Shown: positions 27,419 through 37,862 of the stretch, in pieces
Position numbering within the stretch: position 1 is the first letter of the stretch
Layout of the letters: every line of letters starts with the position of its first letter
Assembly (NCBI GenBank): GCA_963812015.1
Contig: CAWETI010000003.1
Span: forward strand, 1,472,001-1,536,000
From: an uncultured delta proteobacterium
Lineage (GTDB): Bacteria > Desulfobacterota > Desulfobaccia > Desulfobaccales > 0-14-0-80-60-11
Length of the DNA stretch: 64,000 nucleotides
Reading direction: 5' to 3'
The notes under the pieces: model-generated
The model's input: the letters and a program-made list of their open reading frames with translations, nothing else
What the model was told of the DNA's origin: nothing
Database searches by the model: none
Made by a program: the position numbers and the translations under genes

Positions 27419-28297
27419 TTACCGCGCCGCCGGCGGGATCAACAGCACCGGGCAGGCCGCCAACCGGGAAACATTATGGGCCACGCTGCCCAGGAAGATC
27501 TCTTTGATAAAACCTTTCCCCTGGGTGCCCATGACGATTAACGAGATGTCCTGAGATTCCAGGACCTGGAGAATGGCAGGCAGGGGATGCCCGGGATCGA
27601 AGCGGTCTTGAACCACGGGAACCCCGGCTTTGAGAAGACGCTGCTTCCATTGCTCCAGCAAGTCCCGGGCCGCCCCCTCGGCGATCTCCTGGTAGCCCGG
27701 GGAATAGGTCATCTCCCCCTCCGGCACGTCCAGGGCGTTGAGCAGCGTGACCTGAGATAAGCCTTTAGAGGCCAGGCGCTCCACATACTCCAAGGCCCGG
27801 GACGAGATTTCCGAAAAGTCCGTGGGAAAGAGCACGTGGCGGAGCACCTCGGTGTGGGAGATTTGACACGAGCCCGGCTGGCCCGGCGATTTTAGTCTCA
27901 CATTGAGCAGCAATACGGGGTATAGGGCATTATGCAACACCGCACAGGTGAAGCACCCCAGCACCCCCTCCCGCCAAAGCGATTGGCCGTGGGAGCCCAC
28001 CACGATGAGATCGGCGCAGTAGCGCCAGGCGATCTGGTTCAGAGAATCGGCCGGCAGGCCCATGGGTATCTCCAGGGTCACGCGCAGCCCTTGCGCCTCA
28101 AATTGTTGCTGCTGCGCCTCCAATTTAGGCCGGGCGGTGGACTGGAGGATGCCTTCCATCCCCGCCATGAACTTGACGCTGATCACATAGGTCAGGATTA
28201 CCTGTTTACACCCCAGGGCCTTAAATTCTCCGGCGCAGGCCACAATTTCATCCCAGGCGGGGGACAGGTCGGTGGCCAGCACGATAGTCTCGAACAT
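27419..28297 (-). CDS. Universal stress protein (two USP domains)
   Basis: IVLATDLS / LFPTDFS, VGSHG, LGSVAHNV. Confidence 0.9.
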   Translation of the reverse strand: MFETIVLATDLSPAWDEIVACAGEFKALGCKQVILTYVISVKFMAGMEGILQSTARPKLEAQQQQFEAQGLRVTLEIPMGLPADSLNQIAWRYCADLIVVGSHGQSLWREGVLGCFTCAVLHNALYPVLLLNVRLKSPGQPGSCQISHTEVLRHVLFPTDFSEISSRALEYVERLASKGLSQVTLLNALDVPEGEMTYSPGYQEIAEGAARDLLEQWKQRLLKAGVPVVQDRFDPGHPLPAILQVLESQDISLIVMGTQGKGFIKEIFLGSVAHNVSRLAACPVLLIPPAAR

Positions 28298-28320
28298 GGA
28301 CCTACTCCTTCTCTTTGGCC

Positions 28321-29418
28321 TTAGTTATCCCGGCTAGGCGTATTTTCCAGACCGCCCGCGGCACAAACCAGAGGCGTAAAATATTTCTGTCTGAACCGCA
28401 ACGCCACATTCACCAGGCTGATGAGCACCGGGACCTCCACCAGGGGGCCGATGACCGTGGCAAAGGCTTCCCCCGACTGCAAGCCGAAGACGGCTACGGC
28501 CACCGCGATGGCCAGCTCAAAATTGTTGCTGGCCGCGGTGAACGACAGGGTGGCCGAAATGCGATACCCGGCCCCGGCCTTGGCCGACATATAAAACGTG
28601 ACAAAGAACATGACGAAGAAATAGATGGCCAGGGGGATGGCGATCCGCACCACGTCCAGGGGAAGTTCCACGATATACTCCCCTTTGAGAGAAAACATCA
28701 CGACGATGGTGAACAGCAGGGCAATAAGCGTAATGGGGCTGATCTTGGGCATGAATTTTTCTTCATACCAGGTAATCCCCTTGCGCCTGACCAGGAAAAA
28801 GCGGGTGAACATGCCGCCGAAGAAGGGGATGCCCAGGTAGATCAACACGCTTTCCGCCACCTGGAGGATAGTGACCTTGACCTCCAGGCCCGAGGCGATC
28901 CCCAGCCAGGCGGGCAGCACCGTGACAAAGATATAGGCGTAGACCGAGAAAAACAGCATCTGGAAGATGGAGTTGAAGGCCACCAGCCCGGCGCAGTATT
29001 CCGTGTCCCCCTGGGCCAGGTCGTTCCAGACGATGACCATGGCGATGCAGCGGGCCAGGCCGATGATGATCAGGCCCACCATGTAGTGCGGGTAGCCCTG
29101 GAGAAAAGTGATGGCCAACAGGAACATGAGGATGGGGCCGATCACCCAGTTCTGGATTAACGACAGGGCCAAAACCTTGAAGTTTTTGAAGACCTTGGGC
29201 AGTTCCTCATACCGCACCTTGGCCAGGGGCGGATACATCATCAGGATCAAGCCGATGGCGATGGGAATATTGGTGGTGCCCACCTGGAAGAACGTCAATA
29301 CCTTGGTGGAGCCGGGCAGGAAATACCCGAGGCCAACCCCGGCTGCCATGGTCAGGAAAATCCACAGGGTCAGGAAGCGCTCCACAAAACCCAGACGTTT
29401 GGCAGTTGTGACAGCCAT
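28321..29418 (-). CDS. acr3: Acr3 family arsenite efflux transporter
   Basis: [41 protein letters not shown]. Confidence 0.95.
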   Translation of the reverse strand: MAVTTAKRLGFVERFLTLWIFLTMAAGVGLGYFLPGSTKVLTFFQVGTTNIPIAIGLILMMYPPLAKVRYEELPKVFKNFKVLALSLIQNWVIGPILMFLLAITFLQGYPHYMVGLIIIGLARCIAMVIVWNDLAQGDTEYCAGLVAFNSIFQMLFFSVYAYIFVTVLPAWLGIASGLEVKVTILQVAESVLIYLGIPFFGGMFTRFFLVRRKGITWYEEKFMPKISPITLIALLFTIVVMFSLKGEYIVELPLDVVRIAIPLAIYFFVMFFVTFYMSAKAGAGYRISATLSFTAASNNFELAIAVAVAVFGLQSGEAFATVIGPLVEVPVLISLVNVALRFRQKYFTPLVCAAGGLENTPSRDN

Positions 29419-29608
29419 AGGTGCTCCTATCTTTCTGATACCCGGATAACCGATTTATTAAATATCATCAGCAAAAAATATTTAGCTTACAAGAGGTCAC
29501 CGCCAGGGATTGGAAAGAATTGCGCCGCTGTTTCCATAATACTTTTATATAACCGGTTAACCGGATAAGTCAAGGTATACTGATCAAAAAAAAATGAGGC
29601 TGATAAGC

Positions 29609-29980
29609 TCAGGAGCACTGGCACGCGGCCGCGCCGTCTCTGCTCTGTTCCTTGGTAGCCAACCAGTGCTCCAATCGGTCCTGGAGCGCCTGGGCCTCGG
29701 GACGGGAGTTCAGGATCTCCGCCAGGAGCTTGAGTTGCTTGTCCTCCGGGCTGCCGGGGGCGACGCTCAAACGATAATTCATCCACACCCCTTCCCGGCG
29801 GTCGTTGACCCAGCCCAGGTGATAGAGATGGCGCAGGTGCCGGGAGGCCTTGGATTGGGTGATGCCCAGCACCCCCATGATATCGCAGACGCAGAGTTCT
29901 TCCCGGCCCATCAGCAGCCAGAGGATTTTCAGGCGGGTCTCATCAGCCAGGGATTTAAAGAGTTGGGCTTCCTTTTTCAT
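29609..29980 (-). CDS. arsR: ArsR/SmtB metalloregulator
   Basis: FKSLADETRLKI, ELCVCD, QSKASRHL; start set at MKKEAQ. Confidence 0.93.
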   Translation of the reverse strand: MKKEAQLFKSLADETRLKILWLLMGREELCVCDIMGVLGITQSKASRHLRHLYHLGWVNDRREGVWMNYRLSVAPGSPEDKQLKLLAEILNSRPEAQALQDRLEHWLATKEQSRDGAAACQCS

Positions 29981-30186
29981 ATTTTTCTTATAACCGGTTA
30001 ATCGATTATTGTCCAATAAAAATTTCGAGGAATTATGACCGCATACCCCAGAACTTAGCTTGTCCCCCTCCCAAAAAATACCCATGGCCGCGCCGGATTT
30101 GGCTGTTGGAGGGGGGTTATAGGGTAACAGCCGGTTACCCGAATGTACCATCTCCTCCCCGAACCCTGAGGAGAAAGGGGCGAACC

Positions 30187-30897
30187 ATGGATAAATCCAA
30201 GCTGAACTGTTTCATTGACGCCTTGATGTTTCTGACCATCATGACCCTGGCAGGGCTGGGTCTCTTGATCAAATATGTCCTGATCCCCGGCCCCATGGCC
30301 TGGGCGAAATACGGTCGCCAGATGGAGCTCACCTGGCTGGGGCTGGACCGTCACGCTTGGGGGGCGGTGCACCTGTGCCTGGCCTTCCTGTTGGTGCCCC
30401 TCCTGATGCTGCACGTCATCCTGCACCGGAAAATGATCCTCAGTCTCTTTACCGGATTTATTGCCGATTCCACCCTCAGGAAAGGGATCACGCCCGCCTT
30501 TTTCCTCCTTGGCCTGGCCCTCCTGGTCTTCCCTCTCCTGGTGACCCCGGAAGTTAATGAGGTGGGCTTAAGAGAACACCGAGGTCTGGGAGCCCCAGCG
30601 GCCGCGGCGAAATTACCCCATGCGGCAGTTCCGGCAAACCAGGGAGAACAGGCTAAAACCGACCTTTCCCCTCCATCCGGAGCCGGAGAGCCGAGGGCTC
30701 AAGAAAACCATCCCTCGAAAAGTCCTCGGAAAAAAATGCGCTCTTCCGTTTGGCCCAAAAAACCTTACGATAAGGCCGAATACCGGAGTCTCCACCTCCC
30801 CCGCCAGGGGCAACCAACCACGCCCCTGTTAGCTTGTAGCCAGTCACCCACGAATTGTCCGCCCCAAGGACCCGGTCCTCAGGGACTGGTTTTCTGA
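30187..30897 (+). CDS. DUF4405 domain membrane protein
   Basis: GLDRHAWGAVH...LHVILH; three TM helices and a low-complexity tail. Confidence 0.75.
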   Translation: MDKSKLNCFIDALMFLTIMTLAGLGLLIKYVLIPGPMAWAKYGRQMELTWLGLDRHAWGAVHLCLAFLLVPLLMLHVILHRKMILSLFTGFIADSTLRKGITPAFFLLGLALLVFPLLVTPEVNEVGLREHRGLGAPAAAAKLPHAAVPANQGEQAKTDLSPPSGAGEPRAQENHPSKSPRKKMRSSVWPKKPYDKAEYRSLHLPRQGQPTTPLLACSQSPTNCPPQGPGPQGLVF

Positions 30898-31161
30898 AAA
30901 AAATCCATCGTGGCGGTTTCCCCCAGTGGTATAGTGATAAATGCCAAGACCCGGGTAATCGATGGGACAAGTGAAGTAAAATGTCTTGACCTAGACCCCC
31001 CAATCTTACTGGCTTCCGGGGTCTGACCGGGGTCGCACCGCCGCGCTCCTGATCCCAGGGCGGCGGAGGCCGGGGCAAAAGAGGGCGGGGGGCCGCCCTT
31101 GCGGGAAGCTCAACCCACTATCAATCGCCGGCAATAAGTTAGCTTACGACTAGGGCCATGC

Positions 31162-32343
31162 TTGATGAATAGGCGCGAACCATCTGTGGGGGAAATTGCC
31201 CGGGCCTTTCTGCATCTGGGGCTCACCGCCTTCGGCGGCCTCGCCATGCTGGAGCCCATGCGCAGGATGACCGTGGATAAGCAGGGCTGGCTGGGCCAGG
31301 AAGAATTTATGGATGGCCTGGCTTTGTGTCAGTTGCTGCCCGGGGCCACGGTGGTGCAACTGGGAACCTATATCGGCTATCGGCTACGGCGCGTCGCCGG
31401 CGCCTTCGCCGCCGCGGGAGCGTTCATCCTGCCGGCTTTCATCTTCATGCTGGCCCTCTCGTTTCTCTATTTTACCTACACCCATATCTCCTGGGTGCAA
31501 GCCGTTTCCCGGGGTATGGGCGCGGTGGTCATCGCCCTCCTGCTGCAAACCTTATGGCGCTTGGGTCAAGCGGTTCGCAAACAATGGCTCGATGCGGTTA
31601 TCGCCCTCCTGGCCTTGGCGGCCTTTTGGCTCCGGGTGAATTTTCTCCTGGTTTTCCTGCTCGCCGGACTCCTCAGAATGGCCCTGGGCCTTTGGCTTTT
31701 GCCCGGCCAGAGTTTCCCAAAGCCTGCCAGCCCGATGGCCAGACCGCGCCTGGGCCTGACCTTAGCCCTGCTCGCCCTGGTTCTGTTGGGGGTCGGCCTG
31801 GCAGTCTGGGGTTTAGGAAGGTTGCAACCCGATCTGGCCAGGATGACCCAAATTTTGCTCAAGATCGGCGTGGTCAGCTTCGGCGGCGGCTTTGTCATGA
31901 TCCCGATCTTGCAATGGGAAGTGGTGAATACGTTGAGTTGGCTCACCCTCAAGCAATTTATGGACGGCATCCTCCTGAGCTTCATCACGCCGGGCCCGAT
32001 TATCATCCTGGCCACCTTCGTGGGCTACCGGGTCTACGGGCTTCTGGGGGCAGTGGTGGCCACGCTTGCCATATTCCTGCCGCCCATCCTGATGATCATC
32101 TTTTTGACTCCGTATTACCAGCGCCTCAAGGAAGCCCGTTGGATGCGTCCGGCAATTCAAGGCATTTTGGCGGCCTTGGTGGGCATGCTGGCCCTGGTGA
32201 CCTTGCAGATGGGCCAGGCGGCCCTCATCGGCGGGCAGGATATCCTCTTAACCGCGGCGACGGCCATCGCCCTTATGGTCTTTGAGGTGAACCTCTTATG
32301 GATTGTTCCGGCCGTGGTCGGCCTCTCCCTGTTTATTTTTTAG
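31162..32343 (+). CDS. chrA: Chromate efflux transporter
   Basis: GLTAFGG, CQLLPGA, SFGGG, TPGP; two CHR halves. Confidence 0.92.
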   Translation: MMNRREPSVGEIARAFLHLGLTAFGGLAMLEPMRRMTVDKQGWLGQEEFMDGLALCQLLPGATVVQLGTYIGYRLRRVAGAFAAAGAFILPAFIFMLALSFLYFTYTHISWVQAVSRGMGAVVIALLLQTLWRLGQAVRKQWLDAVIALLALAAFWLRVNFLLVFLLAGLLRMALGLWLLPGQSFPKPASPMARPRLGLTLALLALVLLGVGLAVWGLGRLQPDLARMTQILLKIGVVSFGGGFVMIPILQWEVVNTLSWLTLKQFMDGILLSFITPGPIIILATFVGYRVYGLLGAVVATLAIFLPPILMIIFLTPYYQRLKEARWMRPAIQGILAALVGMLALVTLQMGQAALIGGQDILLTAATAIALMVFEVNLLWIVPAVVGLSLFIF

Positions 32344-32539
32344 CCGGGGAAGCGCCCGGTTCTGTCGTCCAATCGGGGGGAGCTACCCGATCCAACCCTG
32401 GACATGTCTTCCCTCGGTGGGATATCATAAACCATGTGGAAGATTATTAGCCTACAGGGGATTTCCACCCCAGGTTCCCCTGCCTTTCCTGGGGCTTGAT
32501 AAACTCCTGATAAAATTCTCCTTGAGGTGATCGGCTATC

Positions 32540-33064
32540 ATGTTCATGTCTCTCGGCAACTGTGGAATCTGCGCCTTGGCCTTGGCCCTGACCCTGGTGG
32601 GCGCCGGCTGGACCCAAACGACCCAACCCACTTCACCTAACCACGCTAACCTTTACCGCCAGGCAGTGGCGCTTTTGGACCAGGCCCAAGAGAAGTTAAC
32701 TGCCGGTGATCTTGTTGCGGCCAACTCCCTGGTCAAACAGGCCAATGCCGCATTTACCCACCTGCAGCAGGAAAACGCCGCCGGGCTGGCGGAGCGCCGA
32801 CTTTCCCCGAAGGAAGACCAGCAACTGGCCATCAACCAAAAGCTAGCCACCGCCACCCAGACCCAGGCCGATGACGCGATGGCAACTGCGGCCACCAAGG
32901 GCAAGCAAGCCCGGGAGCTCGAGGCCCAGGGACAGAAAGAGGCCGCCAACGCAGCCTATCGGGAGTCCAAAGAAGGATATGCTCAGGCGCAAAATCTCTC
33001 GATCAAGGCGGCAATTTATGCCCTGCGCAATCAGCAGCTGCTCTTTCACTTTCTGGCGCCATGA
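32540..33064 (+). CDS. Secreted Ala/Gln-rich helical hypothetical protein
   Basis: Signal peptide, GAGG RBS, helical composition. Confidence 0.65.
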   Translation: MFMSLGNCGICALALALTLVGAGWTQTTQPTSPNHANLYRQAVALLDQAQEKLTAGDLVAANSLVKQANAAFTHLQQENAAGLAERRLSPKEDQQLAINQKLATATQTQADDAMATAATKGKQARELEAQGQKEAANAAYRESKEGYAQAQNLSIKAAIYALRNQQLLFHFLAP

Positions 33065-33143
33065 TTTGGGCTAATATCATGTTGCTCTCATACAGAGGAA
33101 ATGCCAAAAGTTTTTTCCGTTATGACACATGCTGCAAGAACCC

Positions 33144-33234
33144 AAATCCCCCCTCCCCCCCTTTTACAAAGGGGGGAACTTAGCGAAATTCCTTTGAAAG
33201 TCCCCCTTTAAAAAAGGGGGATTTAGGGGGATTT
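33144..33234. repeat. Palindromic REP/MITE-like element (AAATCCCCC...GGGGGATTT)
   Basis: Two CCCCCTTT..AAAGGGGG hairpins in inverted arrangement. Confidence 0.7.
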
Positions 33235-33295
33235 AAAAAACCGGCAATCAGAAGAAATTTTTGGCAAACGCTATAAGTAAGGAAAGCGTCATCCT

Positions 33296-33354
33296 GTAGG
33301 GGCGCACCCGCGTGTGCGCCCTCAATCAGGGCGGACACATGGGTCCGCCCCTAC
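33296..33354. repeat. GTAG-type REP doublet (REPIN-like)
   Basis: GTAGGGGCGCACCCGCGTGTGCGCCC...GGGCGGACACATGGGTCCGCCCCTAC. Confidence 0.8.
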
Positions 33355-33527
33355 AAAGCAATCTTGCCTGTATGGGCGCAATTTGGTATAAGGCTGAAAC
33401 CCTGAGCAGGCAGCCAGCCGGCGGCATAATAAGTTCCACGGGAAGTTTTTTTTGGGAAGGGCTTGATGTTCCCCCGCCCTCCCCGGCGGGAGGGGACCCC
33501 CAGGATTTTCCTCTCACCTGGCTGAAG

Positions 33528-33932
33528 TTATTGAATACGGATTTTAATGCGGAAATGGTCCCTAGCCTTCCCTATCCCTTCCCAGGGACGGTAGTAAGCC
33601 AGGTTGATCTCGGTCTCCCCCTCCTCCTTGGCCTGAAAGCGCCAGACCTGCATCACCGGTGATCCCGGTCGAGTCTCTCCCACGGCTCGGGTGGTCTGGG
33701 ACATGAGTTTGAGGTAGGGCGCGCCGGGGGTATTCACCAGCCAGCTATAGCCGGTGCCCCCTCGGGTGGGAAGCTCAATCTGGACAATATCCCCCACCTT
33801 GAGGGCGATCGTTTGGCCGCTTTGAGCTTTGGTGACCGTGATCGCGGCCTCAGCCGCCAGGAGAGTTGATGGAGATAGCATCAATCCGGTTAGCAACAGC
33901 CAAATAAATCCCGATAGCATGATTTTGGCCAT
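33528..33932 (-). CDS. Protease inhibitor I42 (chagasin) family
   Basis: Signal peptide; IELP..GGTGYSW, LAYYRPWE. Confidence 0.85.
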   Translation of the reverse strand: MAKIMLSGFIWLLLTGLMLSPSTLLAAEAAITVTKAQSGQTIALKVGDIVQIELPTRGGTGYSWLVNTPGAPYLKLMSQTTRAVGETRPGSPVMQVWRFQAKEEGETEINLAYYRPWEGIGKARDHFRIKIRIQ

Positions 33933-33980
33933 GTCCTTCCTCCCTTGCGGCGGGCCGGCGATGCGTCGTCCGGCGGCGCC

Positions 33981-36149
33981 TCATTTGGTCGTCATGCGGG
34001 AAATTCCGTCCCAGTCTTTTCCCGGTGGGGTCTGCCGGCACGCCTCGCATATTTGCCACAGGCGCTGCACCGCCGGGTCCGGCCCGAATTCGGCCTCGCA
34101 GCCCGCCAACTCCTCCAGGGCCTGCGGGAAATTACCTGCCCGGTACTGTTCCCAAGCCGCCTCATAGCGCCTGGCCGCGGCCAGCTTCACCGTTGACACC
34201 TTCCCGGTCTCACCCAGCACTTCAAAGATGTCGGTGGCCTGGGTCTTGCCTTTGACGATTATCCGGTCGAGATGGCGCATGGCGTAGCGGTCCTCACCGG
34301 CCTGCTGCGTGCCGAGATCCACTAATATCGTGGTCCCGTAAACCTTGTTCAACCCTTCCAGGCGGCTGGCCAGATTCACCGTGTCCCCCAGGACGGTGTA
34401 GGCCAGCCGGGTAGGGGCCCCCATATTGCCCACCACCACCGGTCCGGTGGCTAAGCCGAAGCGGGTCGGGAGTTCCGGCAGGCCCGCAGTCCGCCAGGTT
34501 TGATTCAAGCTCTCCAGGGTATCCCGGCATTCCAGTACGGCTTGAATGGCCCGATCCGCCTGATCCGGCATGGGGGTCGGCGCCCCCCAGAAGGCGACAA
34601 TGGCGTCACCGACTATCTTGTCCACCGTGGCCCCGTGGTGGTGCAGGGCGTCGATCATGGCCTGGAAGTACCCGGCCAGGTGGTTGGTTAAGGCCTCCGG
34701 AGACATGCCTTCCGAGATGTTGGTGAAATCGGCGATGTCGGTGAAAAGGATGGTCAAGGTCTCCGTGTGCCCGCCGATCCGGGCCACCTCGCCTTTGGCC
34801 ACCAGTTCTTTGACAATCTCTATCGGCACATAGCGGGAGAAGGACTGCAGCGCCGCCAACGATTGGGCCTGGGCCTCCCCCAGTTGCTTGAATTCATGCA
34901 GGTTTGCCTCAATTTTCGCATCGGCTCGGAAATCGAGGTCGCTGATCCGCCGGCTCTGGGCGGCCAGCGCCTCCAGGGGCCGGCTGTAAGATCGGGCCAG
35001 GAGAAAGGAGTAGGCCAAAGCCGCCAAGAGAGTTACCAGAGTCGCAGTCAGCAGATAAATGCGGAGTTGGGTGATGCCCTCCAGCAGATCGTTGTTGGGG
35101 ACCAGAATGCCGATCCAGAGCTGGCGACTCTGCCCCAAGGGATATGAAGTCACTCCGGCCCACCAGGTATCCCCTAGGGACTCGTAACTGAATATGCCCT
35201 GGCCCGACTTACGTATCGTCCGGCCAATCTCCTTTTCGGCGTCCACCTCTTTTACGGCGGCCTTCAATTCCGGAATCTGAATCTTATCGATAGGGAGAAG
35301 CAAGGCCCGGTGAATCGACTCATCATCCCGAAACTTCTCGTGGCGAGGCAATCCCACGACGCGCCAGTCTTTGGTATAGATCGCCGTCTGGGAGTTTTTG
35401 CTGAGTTGGGTGGTATCCCGTTGGGTAAAGTCGGTGATGGAGGTCAGCAGGATATCCACGGCAAACACATATTCCATACCCTGATCGTGCCACTTGACCG
35501 AGGCGGTGATGCCCAGATCCTTCGTGGTGAAGAAGAGATACGGCTCGGTCCAGAAAACTTCTGCATCGGGTAAATCTTTCAATCCGACATACCAGGCCCG
35601 GGTCCTGGGTTCGTAGTCCACCTCTTGCCATTCCGGAGACTCCGGCCGGCCCTCCTGGTCAACGTCAAACCAGAGCGTCTGGGTCCCCCAGGTTTGCCGG
35701 GAAACCACGCGGTTGCGGATGCGGCCGGATTCCAGGCGGATGATGAGAAAACCATCACCCCGGGCGTTGGCCACCTGGAGGGATGACATGTCCGGGAAAA
35801 GCACCATGAGCGGCACCAACAACGTGTTGAGCCGGGTGACGGCTCCCAGCTGACTCGGCGTTAACTTGCCGGGAGGCCCGGCAACGATCTGAGACAGATT
35901 GAGCTTACCCGCAAGGCCCCAGCGCGCCGCAATCAAGGCATTGATATTCACTGGCTGGAAGAAGCGGTCCAGTTCCTGGGTGGCTTGAAGCGTGCCGCGA
36001 TTGATGAGTTTCTCGGAAAGCTCTTTTTCCGTCTGGTGGGCCCGGATGGTCATCAGCGCGAGCACCGTCAGTGAACTGAGCAGGATGAGGACCACAAAGC
36101 TTCGCAGGAGGCTCCAGCGGATCGAGATGGTTTTGCCGAACTTAGCCAT
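33981..36149 (-). CDS. Class III adenylate/guanylate cyclase with Cache and HAMP domains
   Basis: LFTDIADFT, DKIVGDAIVAFW, GDTVNLASRLEG; WTEPY Cache motif. Confidence 0.92.
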   Translation of the reverse strand: MAKFGKTISIRWSLLRSFVVLILLSSLTVLALMTIRAHQTEKELSEKLINRGTLQATQELDRFFQPVNINALIAARWGLAGKLNLSQIVAGPPGKLTPSQLGAVTRLNTLLVPLMVLFPDMSSLQVANARGDGFLIIRLESGRIRNRVVSRQTWGTQTLWFDVDQEGRPESPEWQEVDYEPRTRAWYVGLKDLPDAEVFWTEPYLFFTTKDLGITASVKWHDQGMEYVFAVDILLTSITDFTQRDTTQLSKNSQTAIYTKDWRVVGLPRHEKFRDDESIHRALLLPIDKIQIPELKAAVKEVDAEKEIGRTIRKSGQGIFSYESLGDTWWAGVTSYPLGQSRQLWIGILVPNNDLLEGITQLRIYLLTATLVTLLAALAYSFLLARSYSRPLEALAAQSRRISDLDFRADAKIEANLHEFKQLGEAQAQSLAALQSFSRYVPIEIVKELVAKGEVARIGGHTETLTILFTDIADFTNISEGMSPEALTNHLAGYFQAMIDALHHHGATVDKIVGDAIVAFWGAPTPMPDQADRAIQAVLECRDTLESLNQTWRTAGLPELPTRFGLATGPVVVGNMGAPTRLAYTVLGDTVNLASRLEGLNKVYGTTILVDLGTQQAGEDRYAMRHLDRIIVKGKTQATDIFEVLGETGKVSTVKLAAARRYEAAWEQYRAGNFPQALEELAGCEAEFGPDPAVQRLWQICEACRQTPPGKDWDGISRMTTK

Positions 36150-36225
36150 ATTTTCGTAGTTATGCCGCTGGGGTTGAGGTGGGGATTGCGGTCGGCAACC
36201 CTGAAAATCTGTTCGCCATTTCAGC

Positions 36226-36753
36226 TTAAAACATTAATTTTACCAGGATGATGGCGATGATAATGCCCGTCAGGTCCGCGGCCAGGCAGACGGGGACCAG
36301 GTATTTGGAATTCTTGATGCCAACCGCCCCGAGATAAACCGCCAGGACGTAAAAAGTCGTTTCGGCGCTGCCCATAATCACCGCCGCCATGATGCTGCCC
36401 AGGGAGTCGGGACCGGTGCTTTTGAGAATCTCCGTGAAAATTCCCAGGGACGCGGCGTTGGAGAACGGCTTGATGACCGCTACCGAAAAGACTTCCGGCG
36501 GAACGTGGAGCGGCGACGCGGCAGAGGCAAAGATGCTTTTGAGAAAGTCGTGGGCCCCCGAACTTTCGAAGGTCTTGACCATTATAAAGATTGCCAGGAT
36601 GTAGGGGAAAATCCCGATGATGATGCCGATGCCATCCTTGGCTCCCGAAACAAAGGAATCGTAGACTGGCACGCCTTTGGCAAATCCATAAATTATCGTG
36701 AACAGGATAAAAGCCGGGATCAAACCTTGAAAGACCAAACTAAGCGTATTCAT
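36226..36753 (-). CDS. spmB: SpmB-like nucleoside-recognition (gate) membrane protein
   Basis: VYDSFVSGAKDG, GSAETTFYVLAVY. Confidence 0.85.
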   Translation of the reverse strand: MNTLSLVFQGLIPAFILFTIIYGFAKGVPVYDSFVSGAKDGIGIIIGIFPYILAIFIMVKTFESSGAHDFLKSIFASAASPLHVPPEVFSVAVIKPFSNAASLGIFTEILKSTGPDSLGSIMAAVIMGSAETTFYVLAVYLGAVGIKNSKYLVPVCLAADLTGIIIAIILVKLMF

Positions 36754-36754
36754 G

Positions 36755-37339
36755 TCAGGTATCTTTCCTGCTGAATTTTTTGAATAAATAGAGTATGCCC
36801 ACCGCGGTTACCGAAGAAACTACGGTGGAAATGAAGGTGGGCAAAATAATCATATTCGGATTGAGCGAGCCGTAGGAGGCCAACAGTCCGATGATCGTAA
36901 AGGGGACCAGCTGAATGCTTGAGGTGTTGATGACAATGAAGAGCATCATCTCAAAAGTGATCGTGTCGCTCTCGGGATTGAGAGTCTGGAGGTCTTCCAT
37001 AGCTTTGATGCCCAACGGCGTGGCCGCATTGCCGAGCCCGAAAAGATTGGCCAGGAGGTTGAGCGTAATCGAAGTTATTGAGGGGTGCCCTTCGGGGATC
37101 TTCCTGAACAGCAAAGCGATTGCCGGTCGAAAGAAATTGGACAGTTTATAGATTAAACCGGCATCTTCAAGGATTTTGGTAATCCCCAACCAGAGAGACA
37201 CAATGCCCACCAGGTAAAGTGACACCTCCACCGCGGCTTTGCCTGCTTCAAACATGGCTTTGGTAAACTCGTCAATCTTGCCGTTGATGACGGAAAATAA
37301 AATGCTTATACAAATGATTAAGAGCCATACCAGGTTCAT
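36755..37339 (-). CDS. spmA: SpmA-like membrane protein
   Basis: ANLFGLGNAATPLGIKAM, INTSSIQLVP. Confidence 0.87.
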   Translation of the reverse strand: MNLVWLLIICISILFSVINGKIDEFTKAMFEAGKAAVEVSLYLVGIVSLWLGITKILEDAGLIYKLSNFFRPAIALLFRKIPEGHPSITSITLNLLANLFGLGNAATPLGIKAMEDLQTLNPESDTITFEMMLFIVINTSSIQLVPFTIIGLLASYGSLNPNMIILPTFISTVVSSVTAVGILYLFKKFSRKDT

Positions 37340-37862
37340 CCAGCCTCCTTGATCTTTTCCCCGAGGTGGTGGCGAGGCGCTGGAAAGGTGGGGTCATCCC
37401 GTGGGTTTGACAAGAACGCCTTTGGGTCTCGAAACCGCATCCATTTTCCTTTTTTACCCCCGGGGCTGCAAGGAAATAGTGCGGGCCAACCCGCGCTTTC
37501 TCCCGGACGTCGCCATGGCGCTCCATCACGGTATGACGCCCCCAGGGGCCAGGCGCTTTTGGGCGCCTAAAATTTTTTTGCGGTAAAGTTGATTGAAGAT
37601 TTCAAACCGTTGTTTTTGGAAACCGATTATAGTATCTTTCATCCATCCTCGGGGGAGACGGTTTATTCTGTAACGGTTTAACTCGAAGCATCCGATAAGG
37701 GACTGGAGACAGGCAGGCTGCCTATTATAGGGGTAGTTATGGCTGCATCGGGGTTTCGCTTTGAGCTGCCGGCGGCGGACTGAGCCCGGCTGAGGTCGAT
37801 CCAGTGATGCGCGGCCTAGCCGCCAAGCGTGGTGCCTACTAAATTTATTAGGAAAGAAAGTA

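Larger units (their letters stand above)
27320..30146. promoter_or_regulatory. Five ArsR-type inverted-repeat boxes (27320, 29438, 29549, 29990, 30127)
   Basis: Consensus ATAACCGG-wTAw-CCGrwTwt; the boxes at 29549 and 29990 lie in -35/-10 spacers of minus-strand promoters. Confidence 0.7.

Noticed and set aside
36226..37339. Evidence of sporulation
   Set aside because: SpmA/B homologues occur in non-sporulating bacteria, and no other spo genes are present.
37680..37850. Known riboswitch upstream of the deacetylase
   Set aside because: It can fold into stems, but I could not match any ligand-binding consensus by eye.
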